The position numbers and the translations under genes were made by a program. Positions 46,236 through 56,412 of a DNA stretch of 64,000 nucleotides are shown one piece after another. The DNA is from an uncultured Clostridia bacterium (GTDB lineage Bacteria > Bacillota > Clostridia > UMGS1883 > UMGS1540), in the NCBI GenBank assembly GCA_937966555.1, contig CALCLY010000036.1, forward strand, positions 122,116 through 186,115, written 5' to 3'. How positions within the stretch are numbered: the first letter of the stretch is position 1; each line of letters opens with the position of its first letter. Below the pieces are notes generated by a model. It made no database searches and was not told where the DNA came from. It worked only from the letters and a program-made list of their open reading frames with translations.

Positions 46236-47558
46236 ATGCAACCTGTAAAAAAAATTTTTTTATTTTTACTCATTTTCAGCATATTGGTATGCTGTCTTTC
46301 CGGCTGCAAAAAATCGGAACTTGATAAAAACAAGCCCGTTACGCTTACAATGTGGCACGTTTACGGAGAACAAGCGGATTCGCCGATGAATCGGCTTATT
46401 GACGAATTTAACGAGACAGTTGGCATGGAAAAAGGCATTATTATCAATGTCACGGCAATGTCCAACGCCTCCAAAATAGGCGAAAAACTGCTTGACGCAC
46501 ATAATAAGATTCCCGGTTCCGCCGAAATGCCCGACCTTTTCTTTGCACACAAAAGCAACGCGCTGGAGCTTGGAACGGATTGTTTACTTGACTGGAACGA
46601 ATATTTTTCCGAAAAAGAGCTTTCGGCATACGTTCCGGGGTTTTTGGAGGACGGCACGGCAGACGGAAATCTGTCCGTGTTCCCGGTTTCCAAATCCACG
46701 CATCTTTTATTCATCGCCGGAGGTCAGTTTGAACGCTTTTCAGCCGATACGGGCGTTACATATGAAGCACTGTCCACATGGGATGGGTTTTTCGATGCTG
46801 CCGCGAAATATTATGACTGGTCGGGCGGAAAACCGTTCTGCGCTCTTGATTATCCGCTGCGCGCCATTGAGCTTGCGGCTACGGAAAGCGGCGCAGGAAA
46901 TATTTTTGCCGACAACGGATTCTATGACCCGTCAAACGTGATTTTTAAGCAAACCTTCATGAAATTTGCGGATTCGCTTGCAAAAGGGCATATTATGCTT
47001 TCAAATCTCTATTCAAACACACAGGTGATGACAGGCGATGTTGTAGCCGGCATAGGCTCGTCCGCCGCAATTCTTTACTATAATGATACCGTGACATATG
47101 AGGACGGAACGAGTGAGCCGATGGAGCTGGAGATACTGCCTCTGCCCGCTGAAAACGGAAAAAAGCCGTATATCACGCAAGCCGGAGTCGGTCTTTGCGC
47201 ATATAAAACATCAAGTCAAAAAGCAGAGGCTGCAGTGATTTTTGCCAAATGGCTCACCGAGCCGGAGAGAAATCTTGAGTTCGTATGCCAAACAGGTTAT
47301 ATGCCCGTTACAAACGGTGCATTTGACAAAATAGACGACTGCCATTTCAAGACAGCCGATTATGAAAAACTTTATGCAGCCCTAAAAAAAATTAAGGAAA
47401 GCTCGGAGGTTTTATCGGAACAGCAAAGTCCCGAATATTACAGCAGAGTTTACGCATTTTACGATTATTTAAGAAACGAACAGAAACAATTTATATTAAG
47501 CAACACGCCGCCCGAAGCACTTGCCAATGGACTTTGGCAAAAGCTCTGCGAAAAATAG
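46236..47558 (+). CDS. Extracellular solute-binding protein (ABC SBP family 1, lipoprotein). It is an orphan with no adjacent permease.
   Basis: 440 aa with lipobox LSGCKK and an SBP_bac_1-like fold (TLTMWHVYGEQ...). Confidence 0.8.
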   Translation: MQPVKKIFLFLLIFSILVCCLSGCKKSELDKNKPVTLTMWHVYGEQADSPMNRLIDEFNETVGMEKGIIINVTAMSNASKIGEKLLDAHNKIPGSAEMPDLFFAHKSNALELGTDCLLDWNEYFSEKELSAYVPGFLEDGTADGNLSVFPVSKSTHLLFIAGGQFERFSADTGVTYEALSTWDGFFDAAAKYYDWSGGKPFCALDYPLRAIELAATESGAGNIFADNGFYDPSNVIFKQTFMKFADSLAKGHIMLSNLYSNTQVMTGDVVAGIGSSAAILYYNDTVTYEDGTSEPMELEILPLPAENGKKPYITQAGVGLCAYKTSSQKAEAAVIFAKWLTEPERNLEFVCQTGYMPVTNGAFDKIDDCHFKTADYEKLYAALKKIKESSEVLSEQQSPEYYSRVYAFYDYLRNEQKQFILSNTPPEALANGLWQKLCEK

Positions 47559-47571
47559 ACGGGGGATTATT

Positions 47572-49176
47572 ATGCAAATATCGGTAAGAAACAAAAGACA
47601 ATCTATGCAAAAAAAGCTGTTTGGATATATGTTTATCCTGGCTATCGTTTTATTGCTTATATTTGCGGCTTTTCTTTTCCTGTTCGGACGTTTTTCGACA
47701 ACCGAGGATAAAATATCGGATATATTAAGCCTTCAGATTGAGTTTTTCGACCGTGAAATGACGGCTTACTACAATAATATTACCTTGCGCGGCGCACAGC
47801 TTTCCGAAAAAGCCGCGCAGCTTACCGAGCAATATCTCAATTCGGAAAATACAGATTTTGGCGGCGTTCAAAATTCTTCTTTGCATATCAACGCTCTTGA
47901 GGAACGCTATATTGATTTATTGAAGAACGAGCTTTTAAAGGCAAGCTGTTCCGGCGCTTTTATTCTGATTAACGCATCTCAAACCGGCGAAAGCGGTTCA
48001 AAAGCAGGCGTGTACCTTAATCAGGATCTGTTCGGAACAACGGACAAGGAAACAATGCTTCTTTACAGGGGAAATGTGAAGGCTGCAATAAACAAAGGCA
48101 TTATGCCTCACCGAAAATGGCATTTGGAATTTGACACCGGGGGATTCCCAAATTTTGAAGAAGTTCTTTCGGATACCGCCGAGCCGATTGAAAAAGCCTC
48201 TCACATTTGTAATATTATAATGCTTCCCGGAACGTCGGAGCATGTTATGCTTGTAGCGCTTCCTATCAGAGGCGACGGCGGCCGCGTTTACGGCATCTGC
48301 GGCTTTGAAGTAAACGAAAGCGTTTTTAAGTCCGCACACGCACAGCCGTCCACGCTTCCGCACATAACCTGCATATTCTCCCGCTCGGACGATAAAGAAA
48401 TCAATATCAAAGAGGGATTAAGCTGCGGAGCAAAAAACGGATATTTTCTTGCACCTAAGGATTCCCTCAAAATCAAGCCGCTGAAAAAGGGTCTTGTCGC
48501 TTTAAAAAATGAATACGGCGCATATATTGGCATGACGAGAAACACAACTCTTTATTCCGAAAACACACCTTATTCGATTACGGTTATGATGCCGTATGCG
48601 GATTATTCCGAGCTGGAAACGAAAAACACCATACAGCTTATACTCATAATTCTGATTTTGGGATTTGCTGTTTTAAGCCTTAGCCTGTATTTTTCAAAAC
48701 GATTTATCCTTCCGATAAAAAAATCGCTTGACAAAATAAAGCAATCCGAAAAGACATATTCCGACGAAAGTCAAAGCGGTATTATGGAAATTGACGACCT
48801 TTTTGCATTTCTTGCCGGAAAGGATAACGAATATCAAAAAATCTTCGATGAGCATTCCGAAAAAAACGAGAGTCTGCAAAGCGAGATTGAACGCATCAGA
48901 ACCGAAAACAAGCGTCTGATGAAAGAGCATAAAAATATCATCATACAGGATGATTATGATCATTTCTGTTCTGGTTTACGCAGCCTTACTCCCAAGGAGA
49001 GAACAATATTTGACCTCTATCTGGAGGGAAAAACCGTTCCTGAAATTTTACAGATTGCAAAAGTTAAAGAGAGTACACTTAAATACCATAACGGCAATAT
49101 TTACAGCAAGCTCGGCGTTTCCTCAAAAAAGCAGCTTCTTAATTTTGCGGCACTGTATGCACAGGAAAAAAAATAA
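47572..49176 (+). CDS. Membrane-anchored one-component regulator: TM1, a ~330-aa extracytoplasmic sensor domain, TM2, a coiled coil and a LuxR/GerE-type HTH.
   Basis: LuxR HTH at LTPKERTIFDLYLEGKTVPEILQIAKVKESTLKYHNGNIYSKLGV, with two hydrophobic helices. The start is trimmed to MQISVRNKRQ (RBS GGGGGA). Confidence 0.7.
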   Translation: MQISVRNKRQSMQKKLFGYMFILAIVLLLIFAAFLFLFGRFSTTEDKISDILSLQIEFFDREMTAYYNNITLRGAQLSEKAAQLTEQYLNSENTDFGGVQNSSLHINALEERYIDLLKNELLKASCSGAFILINASQTGESGSKAGVYLNQDLFGTTDKETMLLYRGNVKAAINKGIMPHRKWHLEFDTGGFPNFEEVLSDTAEPIEKASHICNIIMLPGTSEHVMLVALPIRGDGGRVYGICGFEVNESVFKSAHAQPSTLPHITCIFSRSDDKEINIKEGLSCGAKNGYFLAPKDSLKIKPLKKGLVALKNEYGAYIGMTRNTTLYSENTPYSITVMMPYADYSELETKNTIQLILIILILGFAVLSLSLYFSKRFILPIKKSLDKIKQSEKTYSDESQSGIMEIDDLFAFLAGKDNEYQKIFDEHSEKNESLQSEIERIRTENKRLMKEHKNIIIQDDYDHFCSGLRSLTPKERTIFDLYLEGKTVPEILQIAKVKESTLKYHNGNIYSKLGVSSKKQLLNFAALYAQEKK

Positions 49177-49181
49177 CAGAG

Positions 49182-49225
49182 CCACACAGCAGAGAATAAT
49201 TCTCGGTTGTGTGGTTCTTTCATAC
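49182..49225 (+). terminator. Hairpin terminator after the LuxR-type gene.
   Basis: ccacacagcagag...ctcggttgtgtgg stem. Confidence 0.4.
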
Positions 49226-49460
49226 AGACAGCGAAAGGCATATAGAAATGCTCCCCGCTGTCTTATGTTTTTAATAGCACCTCGGTCTTGCCGCAAAGCT
49301 CGCAAATACTGTTCGTTTCATTGAAATTCCTCTGTTTCAGTAGTTTATTTTCGGTATCTTTATTGTATCATCATATAAAAAGACCGTCAAAAAATTTTCT
49401 GAAACGAAAAAGACAACCCGTACAGGTTGCCTTAAAAGCCTGTTATAAAAACAGAAACTG

Positions 49461-49838
49461 TCAGCTTTTTTTCTTATGAGTTTTTAGTGCTGTTGCATCG
49501 TAACTCATATCCAAAAGCATTTTTATTGTATCATCATTTACACTTTTATCAAGTGCAACAGTAATCCAGCTTTCTTTATTCATATGATATGCAGGAAAAA
49601 ACCCTGCTTCCTTTAATAAAGAGCCAATCAGCAAAGGATCGCACTTGAAATTTACCACATCAATTATATCCGTTCCCGGCAATCCGAGTTTATTTTTAGG
49701 TATATCCATAATCAAAGCAAACCACTTACGGTTATTGCTATGCCGAAACACTTCGTAATTCGGATATTTAAGCCACGGATAATCTGATTCAGCGTTATAG
49801 TTTTCATTGATAAACTGTTCCAAATCATCACGGTTCAT
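49461..49838 (-). CDS. MmcQ/YjbR family DNA-binding protein.
   Basis: 125 aa. MNRDDLEQFINENY...YPWLKYPNYEVFRH...KWFALIMDIP is typical of the family. Confidence 0.75.
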   Translation of the reverse strand: MNRDDLEQFINENYNAESDYPWLKYPNYEVFRHSNNRKWFALIMDIPKNKLGLPGTDIIDVVNFKCDPLLIGSLLKEAGFFPAYHMNKESWITVALDKSVNDDTIKMLLDMSYDATALKTHKKKS

Positions 49839-50126
49839 ATTGTTTCACCTACATATTCACATTTATCTTGCAAATATTATACCACAGAAACAGCGAGAAA
49901 GCAATGTTTCCGACTGCTTTCTCCCATTTGCACAAAGGTTTATTTTACCCAAGTTTCAGTGTTGTTTGCCGTGTTTACGCGCGAATACGCCGACATGATA
50001 GGCGCCGATTGCTATGCGCCCGATGCGCTTGCAACGGTTAATTACGCAAAGAAAGTGTTCGGAAGGTAATTATATTGAGTGTTTTCTGATTGTCTTCTGC
50101 TTAAAACGCAAGGTCTTTTGATAGAT

Positions 50127-51110
50127 TTAACGCACATAACTGCCGTTGCAGATAAACTCGTATTTACATTCAATATTGCAGGTTGCAAAATCGCGGGGAC
50201 AATTTCTCACTTCCTTAACGGCTCTTTTAAATTCGGTAGGAGTCATATGTATATATTTTCTGAAAACATCCCGAAAATGTTTTATATCTGAATATCCGAC
50301 GCTTTCCGCCACCGATTCGAGATTCAGAGGCGTTTCGGAAAAAAGAATACAGCTTTGAAAAATGCGCAGTTTCTGAATGTATTCGTGAAACTGCACCCCC
50401 GTTTTATGTGCAAATTCGCGCGAAAGCGCGGAAACGCTTATATTTAATGAATTTGCAATGTCCGAGAGAGAAATATTTTCCGAATAATTCTCATTTACAT
50501 AGTGTATAACGTAATTTATATGGTCATTGTCATCCGTGGTGTGTCTGCCTAAATATGTTTTTAAAATTTTTATCAAAATCAACGATAAAATGCATTTTAT
50601 TGCTTTTTTTGAAGTCACATCGGCGTCTTCGAATTCTTTGAGCATTTCTTCAAACATATATAAAACAGTCTTGTTTTCGTTATCGTGATAAATATATTCA
50701 TCAGTTAAATTGTGAGATCCGACAGGGGTGTAAAAGCAGTTCTGCATAAGCTCCTTCAGCGATGTTTTATATGTTAATCGGCTGTCAAGAAAGCCGGAGT
50801 GAAATGTGCATATAATCATATCAAGCTTTTCTTTTACATTTTGGAAGCTGTGTCTGCTGTTGCTTATAATGAAAAAATCACCGGCTTTAATCTTAAATAC
50901 TTTATCGTTAATTATTTGTTCCGCCTCGCCGGATATAATATAAGACAGCTCATATACTTGATTGTGAACATGACAATTTGTATTGTAATGCGAAGCTCTG
51001 TAGACACGCAGTGTGGAATTTGTAATATTAAAAAAAGGCGATTTCAACTCAGGCACAACAAAATACCCCCCTAATTCTAAAAATGTTCCTTCTTGTAAAG
51101 ATTGTATCAT
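50127..51110 (-). CDS. AraC-family transcriptional regulator with an N-terminal cupin and a C-terminal double HTH.
   Basis: 327 aa. The HTH region reads ISLSDIANSLNISVSALSREFAHKTGVQFHEYIQKLRIFQSCILF...SVGYSDIKHFRDVFRKYIHMTPTEFK. Confidence 0.8.
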   Translation of the reverse strand: MIQSLQEGTFLELGGYFVVPELKSPFFNITNSTLRVYRASHYNTNCHVHNQVYELSYIISGEAEQIINDKVFKIKAGDFFIISNSRHSFQNVKEKLDMIICTFHSGFLDSRLTYKTSLKELMQNCFYTPVGSHNLTDEYIYHDNENKTVLYMFEEMLKEFEDADVTSKKAIKCILSLILIKILKTYLGRHTTDDNDHINYVIHYVNENYSENISLSDIANSLNISVSALSREFAHKTGVQFHEYIQKLRIFQSCILFSETPLNLESVAESVGYSDIKHFRDVFRKYIHMTPTEFKRAVKEVRNCPRDFATCNIECKYEFICNGSYVR

Positions 51111-51412
51111 AATGTTATAATTAAATCAAGATATATTTAATATATTGACATGGTTTTGGTTAAAAAATAAGTTTTTAATTATGATTACAATTACTTTTTG
51201 AGTATTTTAATACCGTGGATGATAATAAGCCGGTCTGCTTTAAAGACAAATTATTTATATTGTTTTCATTCTGCTGATTATTTTTCTGCAAATATATCCC
51301 CTGTTTTTTTAGAAGACGGCAGGGAATATGGGAGGTGCGGTATCAAATGGTTAATTTGTAAAAAACAAAAGAACTCGGTCGGTATTAATTTTTTTGAAAG
51401 GATGTATTTTTT

Positions 51413-52915
51413 ATGAAAAAGATTTTATTGGCAGTATTTACGGCGGTGATTTGCATAACAACATCGGTAACGCCGATATGCGCAGCCAAAAATGAGGGCG
51501 TGAATGTACACGCCGTACATTATTATCAGAATGAAAAAGAAATCACAAAGCTGACGGAAAGCGGAGAAATTAACTGCAAGGTGGAATTTACTCCCGGCAG
51601 AGAATGGAGGGACAATTCCTTATGTATTATTCACGCTGCATATCGCGGAAATGTTTTGTCGGATGTATCGTTTGATAAGCTGACGGCTTTTTCACCCGAT
51701 TACGGCGCGGTAGACTATTATCGGACCGCGACGTCGGGACTGCCCGTGTCCGACGAGACAACTGAAGTGGCATCTTTTGTGTGGAGCGCAGACTATAAAC
51801 CGTTTGTAAAGGCAAAAACAATAAAAAAAGCTGCTTCAAACGATACAAGGATTTATTCGGCAGTCGTAACAATAGGAGAAAAAACTTACGAAGCGGATAT
51901 TGACAACACAAATAAAACGGTTACATTCAATGTTGACAGAATAATATATGAATCAAGCAAAAGCGTTGTATACGAAGTAAGTGATGAAATCTATAACAGT
52001 AATATAACTGCCCTTGCGCCATCCTTTGTATTGGGAGAGGGCGCCGATATTGCCGACAGGGAAGTGCCGCGAGATTTTACGGCGCCGCAGACATATACCG
52101 TTACGGCCGAGGACGGCAGCTCCGAAGAATATTTAGTTCTGATTGAGACCGTAGGAGTATATTACGATTATTGTTTTGACGCAAAAGAGGGCGATCCAAA
52201 CACTGAAATAGGCATAAGAAGAGGTGTTCCCGGCAGTGCTTTTTCGGTAAGCGGAGCAGATGTGACAAAGCTTGCCGATGATCCCGATACCGCAAATCAC
52301 AGCGGCGAAAAGGCTTACAGAATAAGCAAAACGGGAAATGAAAGCTGCAATATTGCATACAGCGGCAATCCGAACCTTCCGAAATGGAGCCCTCTTAAAG
52401 TGATTTGCGACTATGATGTGTATTTTAACTCCATTGACGCGGCACAGTTTTTTGTAGCCTTCCCCGTCGATGCGACAAGAAACGTTAAACCGACCTTTTA
52501 TTTTGCGAAAAGCAATACGGAAGGCTATGTTGACATTATTCCCACAAGACATTCAAGAACAAATCTTCCGAATGCGGGCACGGCAAGAAACTGGGTAACG
52601 GTTTGCAAAATTCCTTTGAATACATGGACAAATATCAGAATGATTTTTACAAATACGCAGGACGGCACATATACGGACGCAAGCGGAGAAACCAAACCGA
52701 TTTACAAAAAAGGTTATTCGCTTTATATTAACAACGAGCATGTGTACAGCGGAATGCTTGATATTGATCCCGACATGACAAATTTTGATTCATGGCAGAA
52801 TGATGCGATAAGACAGCTTGGTTTTTCTTTAAACAGCAATTTTATGGGCTCGGGCTCGGCAAGCGCAAAATTTGACATTTACTTTAAAAACATGTCATTA
52901 CTGTTTACAAAATAA
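51413..52915 (+). CDS. Secreted hypothetical protein (500 aa). It is transcribed divergently from the AraC regulator.
   Basis: Signal peptide MKKILLAVFTAVICITTSVTPICAA. No recognized domain. Confidence 0.55.
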   Translation: MKKILLAVFTAVICITTSVTPICAAKNEGVNVHAVHYYQNEKEITKLTESGEINCKVEFTPGREWRDNSLCIIHAAYRGNVLSDVSFDKLTAFSPDYGAVDYYRTATSGLPVSDETTEVASFVWSADYKPFVKAKTIKKAASNDTRIYSAVVTIGEKTYEADIDNTNKTVTFNVDRIIYESSKSVVYEVSDEIYNSNITALAPSFVLGEGADIADREVPRDFTAPQTYTVTAEDGSSEEYLVLIETVGVYYDYCFDAKEGDPNTEIGIRRGVPGSAFSVSGADVTKLADDPDTANHSGEKAYRISKTGNESCNIAYSGNPNLPKWSPLKVICDYDVYFNSIDAAQFFVAFPVDATRNVKPTFYFAKSNTEGYVDIIPTRHSRTNLPNAGTARNWVTVCKIPLNTWTNIRMIFTNTQDGTYTDASGETKPIYKKGYSLYINNEHVYSGMLDIDPDMTNFDSWQNDAIRQLGFSLNSNFMGSGSASAKFDIYFKNMSLLFTK

Positions 52916-52930
52916 AAAGGGGGCATACCG

Positions 52931-55267
52931 ATGACCGGATTTTTAAAAAAATTATTGGTAATTTTATTATCGGCAGCATTATTTATTCCATTCGGAAGCG
53001 GAAACAAAGCATTTGCGGAGGATGACGTTTCCGTGTATATCGATTATGTAAAGCTTGAAACGGACCAGCCGGCGATTATACTTAATTCCCGGACGATGGT
53101 GCCTCTCCGCGGGATTTTTGAGGCAATTAAGGCAAAGGTTACGTGGGATGACGAAACAAGAACGGTAACGGCTGTACGACGTGATACAACGGTAAAGCTT
53201 GAAATAGGCAAGAATATCGCTTTTATAAACGATAATGAATGCGTACTTGATGCTGTGCCCGTTATCCAAAACGGCAGAACACTTGTTCCGCTTCGTTTTA
53301 TAAGCGAGGCATTCGGCTTTGATGTTGGCTGGGACGCGGAAAGCAAAAAAGCAACGGTATATTATAAGACCACAAAGGAAATTCAGGAGGCTCTGAATGA
53401 ATATACGGAGTATATGCACAGCTTTAAAAGACTGCAATGGCTTGCGTCGCTGTACGATACGGAATCGGGCGGGTTTTATTATGCGGTAAGCTCAAGAGAC
53501 AACTATCCTTTTCTGCCCGATTTGGAAAGCACTTATCAGGCCTGCAGTCTGCTTGTAAACATGGGAGTCTTTAAAGATTTTGAGGATATGAAGGCAAGGC
53601 TGCCCAAGGAATTTTCCGAAAAAATGGTAAATTTTGCACGTGAAATGCAAAGTGAGGATGACGGATACTTTTATCATCCGCAATGGGGTAAGGATATTTC
53701 CGTTTCCAGACAGGGGCGTGATTTGGGACACGCAAAGAATATAATAAAAAAATTCGGTAACGGTGAGTTCAAATATCCTCTTCCCGAAGAAAGAAAAAAC
53801 CCTCAGGAAGCAAATAAAGCCGCGGCAGATAATTTAAAGTCCGGCGCCGAAGAATTTCTCAAAAGCGAAGAAAACTTTAAAGATTGGCTTCAAAATACAC
53901 TTTTGTGGGATACGGCACAGCATTGCTATGAGTCGTCAAATACGCTTGCGGCAACATATCAAAATATAAAAGCCGCAGGCTACTCTGACATAGCAATTGA
54001 TTTTTTAAAGTCAATTCAGAATCAGCAAACAGGTCTTTGGGGATCGGAAACGGGCAAGGATCTCACGACAATTAACAGTGACGCGGCAATGAAGGCTTGT
54101 CTTTGTTTTTATTATGCAAAGGTGCCTGTTCCGTTTTTTGAGAAAATATTTGACAGTGTGATGTATATTATCGAAAACTGCTCGCCGCGTTCAACGTCAA
54201 GCATGTATAATACATGGACGACGCTGACTGTCGCAAGAATGTCTTTGAGCTCTGACAGTGACGACTATTTGAAAAATGAAACATTTAAAAGTGTTTTGAA
54301 AAAGGTTCCGAAGCTGATTAGAAGCACCATGGAAAAAAACGAGGTGTTTGTCAAAGACGACGGCGGCTGCTCATACCTGCCCGACAAATCCTCTGCAGCC
54401 AGCCAGCAAGCAAGCGTTGGACTCGGTCTTGCCGAAGGGGATGTAAACGGCACAGGAACATGGTACAACGGCAGGCTGCAGGTATTTTATTTCCTAAACA
54501 TGGACGGTATTGAAATTCCGCCTGTATATACAGAGGAAGACAGGGACGCGTTTATAGAGCTTATAAAAAATGCAAAGCCTGTTCAGAAGAAAGGCGGAGT
54601 TCCTGCGGAAAAAAGCCTTACCCTGTCAAACGGCAGAACAATTGATTTTGAAGCTTATAAAATAGGCGAAGCCATTGATGACAATGCGCTCTATTCTCCG
54701 CTTGTAGCAGACAAAAGCAGTCTTGTCGAAATAAGCAAGGACCCTTATAACAAGAAAAACAAATGCCTGAAAATTTCACGGGTTCCGTCGGCAAAAACAT
54801 CAATAGAATTTAAAATCAATAATAAAAGCACCGTTAAACAGATATCCTTGGAGTACGATTTGATGATAGACGAATACAGCAATAACGGCGGAAAACCATT
54901 CTGGCTGTATCTTTCACCGTGTCAAAACTGGATTTACGATGCGAGAAATGACGGATTTACCCTCATTCAAAGAAATTGCGTTTCTCCGGAAAAGCTTACC
55001 GAAAAATTCGGCTTGATGGATTTCAGCGATTGGACACATTTTAAAATAGTCTATGAAGAGACGGATGAAACGGAAAGCGGCACGTGGGTTACATATTACA
55101 TTAACGGCAAAGAGGTGTATAAATCCGACGGTTATTTGGCGGAAAGCGACACTTCAACTACCAAACGCCTGCCGTCAAAGGTTACGCGTTTTACGGTAAC
55201 GGCGTCACCTCAATCAAAGGATGATGCGGTTCTGTACTTAGACAATATAAAGATTGAAACAAAATAG
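52931..55267 (+). CDS. Secreted protein with an N-terminal copper-amine-oxidase-like (stalk) domain and a large uncharacterized catalytic-looking region.
   Basis: Signal peptide present. The CAO_N-like motif reads MVPLRGIFEAIKAKVTWDDETRTVT...TLVPLRFISEAFGFDVGWD. 778 aa. Confidence 0.55.
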   Translation: MTGFLKKLLVILLSAALFIPFGSGNKAFAEDDVSVYIDYVKLETDQPAIILNSRTMVPLRGIFEAIKAKVTWDDETRTVTAVRRDTTVKLEIGKNIAFINDNECVLDAVPVIQNGRTLVPLRFISEAFGFDVGWDAESKKATVYYKTTKEIQEALNEYTEYMHSFKRLQWLASLYDTESGGFYYAVSSRDNYPFLPDLESTYQACSLLVNMGVFKDFEDMKARLPKEFSEKMVNFAREMQSEDDGYFYHPQWGKDISVSRQGRDLGHAKNIIKKFGNGEFKYPLPEERKNPQEANKAAADNLKSGAEEFLKSEENFKDWLQNTLLWDTAQHCYESSNTLAATYQNIKAAGYSDIAIDFLKSIQNQQTGLWGSETGKDLTTINSDAAMKACLCFYYAKVPVPFFEKIFDSVMYIIENCSPRSTSSMYNTWTTLTVARMSLSSDSDDYLKNETFKSVLKKVPKLIRSTMEKNEVFVKDDGGCSYLPDKSSAASQQASVGLGLAEGDVNGTGTWYNGRLQVFYFLNMDGIEIPPVYTEEDRDAFIELIKNAKPVQKKGGVPAEKSLTLSNGRTIDFEAYKIGEAIDDNALYSPLVADKSSLVEISKDPYNKKNKCLKISRVPSAKTSIEFKINNKSTVKQISLEYDLMIDEYSNNGGKPFWLYLSPCQNWIYDARNDGFTLIQRNCVSPEKLTEKFGLMDFSDWTHFKIVYEETDETESGTWVTYYINGKEVYKSDGYLAESDTSTTKRLPSKVTRFTVTASPQSKDDAVLYLDNIKIETK

Positions 55268-55281
55268 AAGGGATACATAAA

Positions 55282-56340
55282 ATGAACAACAAGACAGTAA
55301 ATTTTGCCTTAATCGGCACAGGAGTAATAGGAAAAAATTATTTAAGATCGGTAAAAACTATCAATAATGCGGCAATCACAGCCGTTTGCGATACAAACGA
55401 GACTGCGCTGAAGGAGGCAATTTCAGGAACGCCCGGGATGTTCGGCACAACGGATTACAGAAAACTTTTAGAAAAAAGCGATATAGACGCTGTTATAGTT
55501 GCGACAAACGACCAGTCGCACAGAATGATTACGGTGGATGCATTAAAGGCGGGAAAACATGTGTTGTGCGAAAAACCCATGGCGTTGACGGACGAGGATT
55601 GCAGAGCGATGCTCGAGGCTGAGCGTAAAACAAAGGCAAAGCTTATGATAGGTCAGGTTTGCAGGTATACGCCGTCTTTTAAAAAAGCAAAGGAACTTGT
55701 TGAAAAAGGCGAAATCGGAGATTTGTTTTTTGTTGAAAGCGAATACGCACATGACTATTCCAAAATTCCCGGAATGAAGGGATGGAGAACGGATGAGGTG
55801 AATCTGAGAAATCCCGTCACGGGCGGCGGCTGTCATGCTGTTGATTTGCTGAGGTGGATTGCGGGAAACCCGACTGAGGTTTGCGCATATGCCAACAGAA
55901 AATCATTAACAGATTGGCCTGTGGACGATTGTACTGTTGCGATTATGAAATTCCCGAATAATGTTATAGGTAAGGTATTGACATCAATCGGCTGCCAGAG
56001 AGGCTATACTATGAGAACATGTCTTTACGGTACAAAAGGAACAATAATTGTCGAAAACCAGAAACCGCAGTTTACTGTTTTCAAAACAGAGTTTTGCGGC
56101 TGTGACCATGCATTTGACAGCAGTATGAAGGCTATTGAAATGAAGATTCCCGTGCAGGTTAACAATCACAATCTTGCGGCCGAGGTGAAAGAATTTGCCG
56201 AATGTATCGCAGAGGACAGACCTGTTGTAACGGACGGTGTGGAGGGAGCTACAACTGTTGCGGTCTGCAATGCTATTGTAAATTCGGCAAACAGCGGAGA
56301 AAAAGCGGAACCTGATTACTCCTTTTTTCAAAAAAAATAA
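55282..56340 (+). CDS. Gfo/Idh/MocA family NAD(P)-dependent oxidoreductase.
   Basis: Rossmann motif ALIGTGVIGKNY, the conserved EKP motif (VLCEKPMA) and a GFO_IDH_MocA C-terminal domain. Confidence 0.85.
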   Translation: MNNKTVNFALIGTGVIGKNYLRSVKTINNAAITAVCDTNETALKEAISGTPGMFGTTDYRKLLEKSDIDAVIVATNDQSHRMITVDALKAGKHVLCEKPMALTDEDCRAMLEAERKTKAKLMIGQVCRYTPSFKKAKELVEKGEIGDLFFVESEYAHDYSKIPGMKGWRTDEVNLRNPVTGGGCHAVDLLRWIAGNPTEVCAYANRKSLTDWPVDDCTVAIMKFPNNVIGKVLTSIGCQRGYTMRTCLYGTKGTIIVENQKPQFTVFKTEFCGCDHAFDSSMKAIEMKIPVQVNNHNLAAEVKEFAECIAEDRPVVTDGVEGATTVAVCNAIVNSANSGEKAEPDYSFFQKK

Positions 56341-56355
56341 TAATAATTAAAAAAA

Positions 56356-56400
56356 CAGCGGGTTTGTATCAATTTTTTTATTTGATACAAACCCGCTGTG
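56356..56400. terminator. Perfect 18-bp inverted repeat hairpin (acagcgggtttgtatcaa / ttgatacaaacccgctgt). It is a candidate terminator between operon genes.
   Basis: Read directly in the sequence. The loop is T-rich. Confidence 0.5.
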
Positions 56401-56412
56401 AGGACTGAGTAA

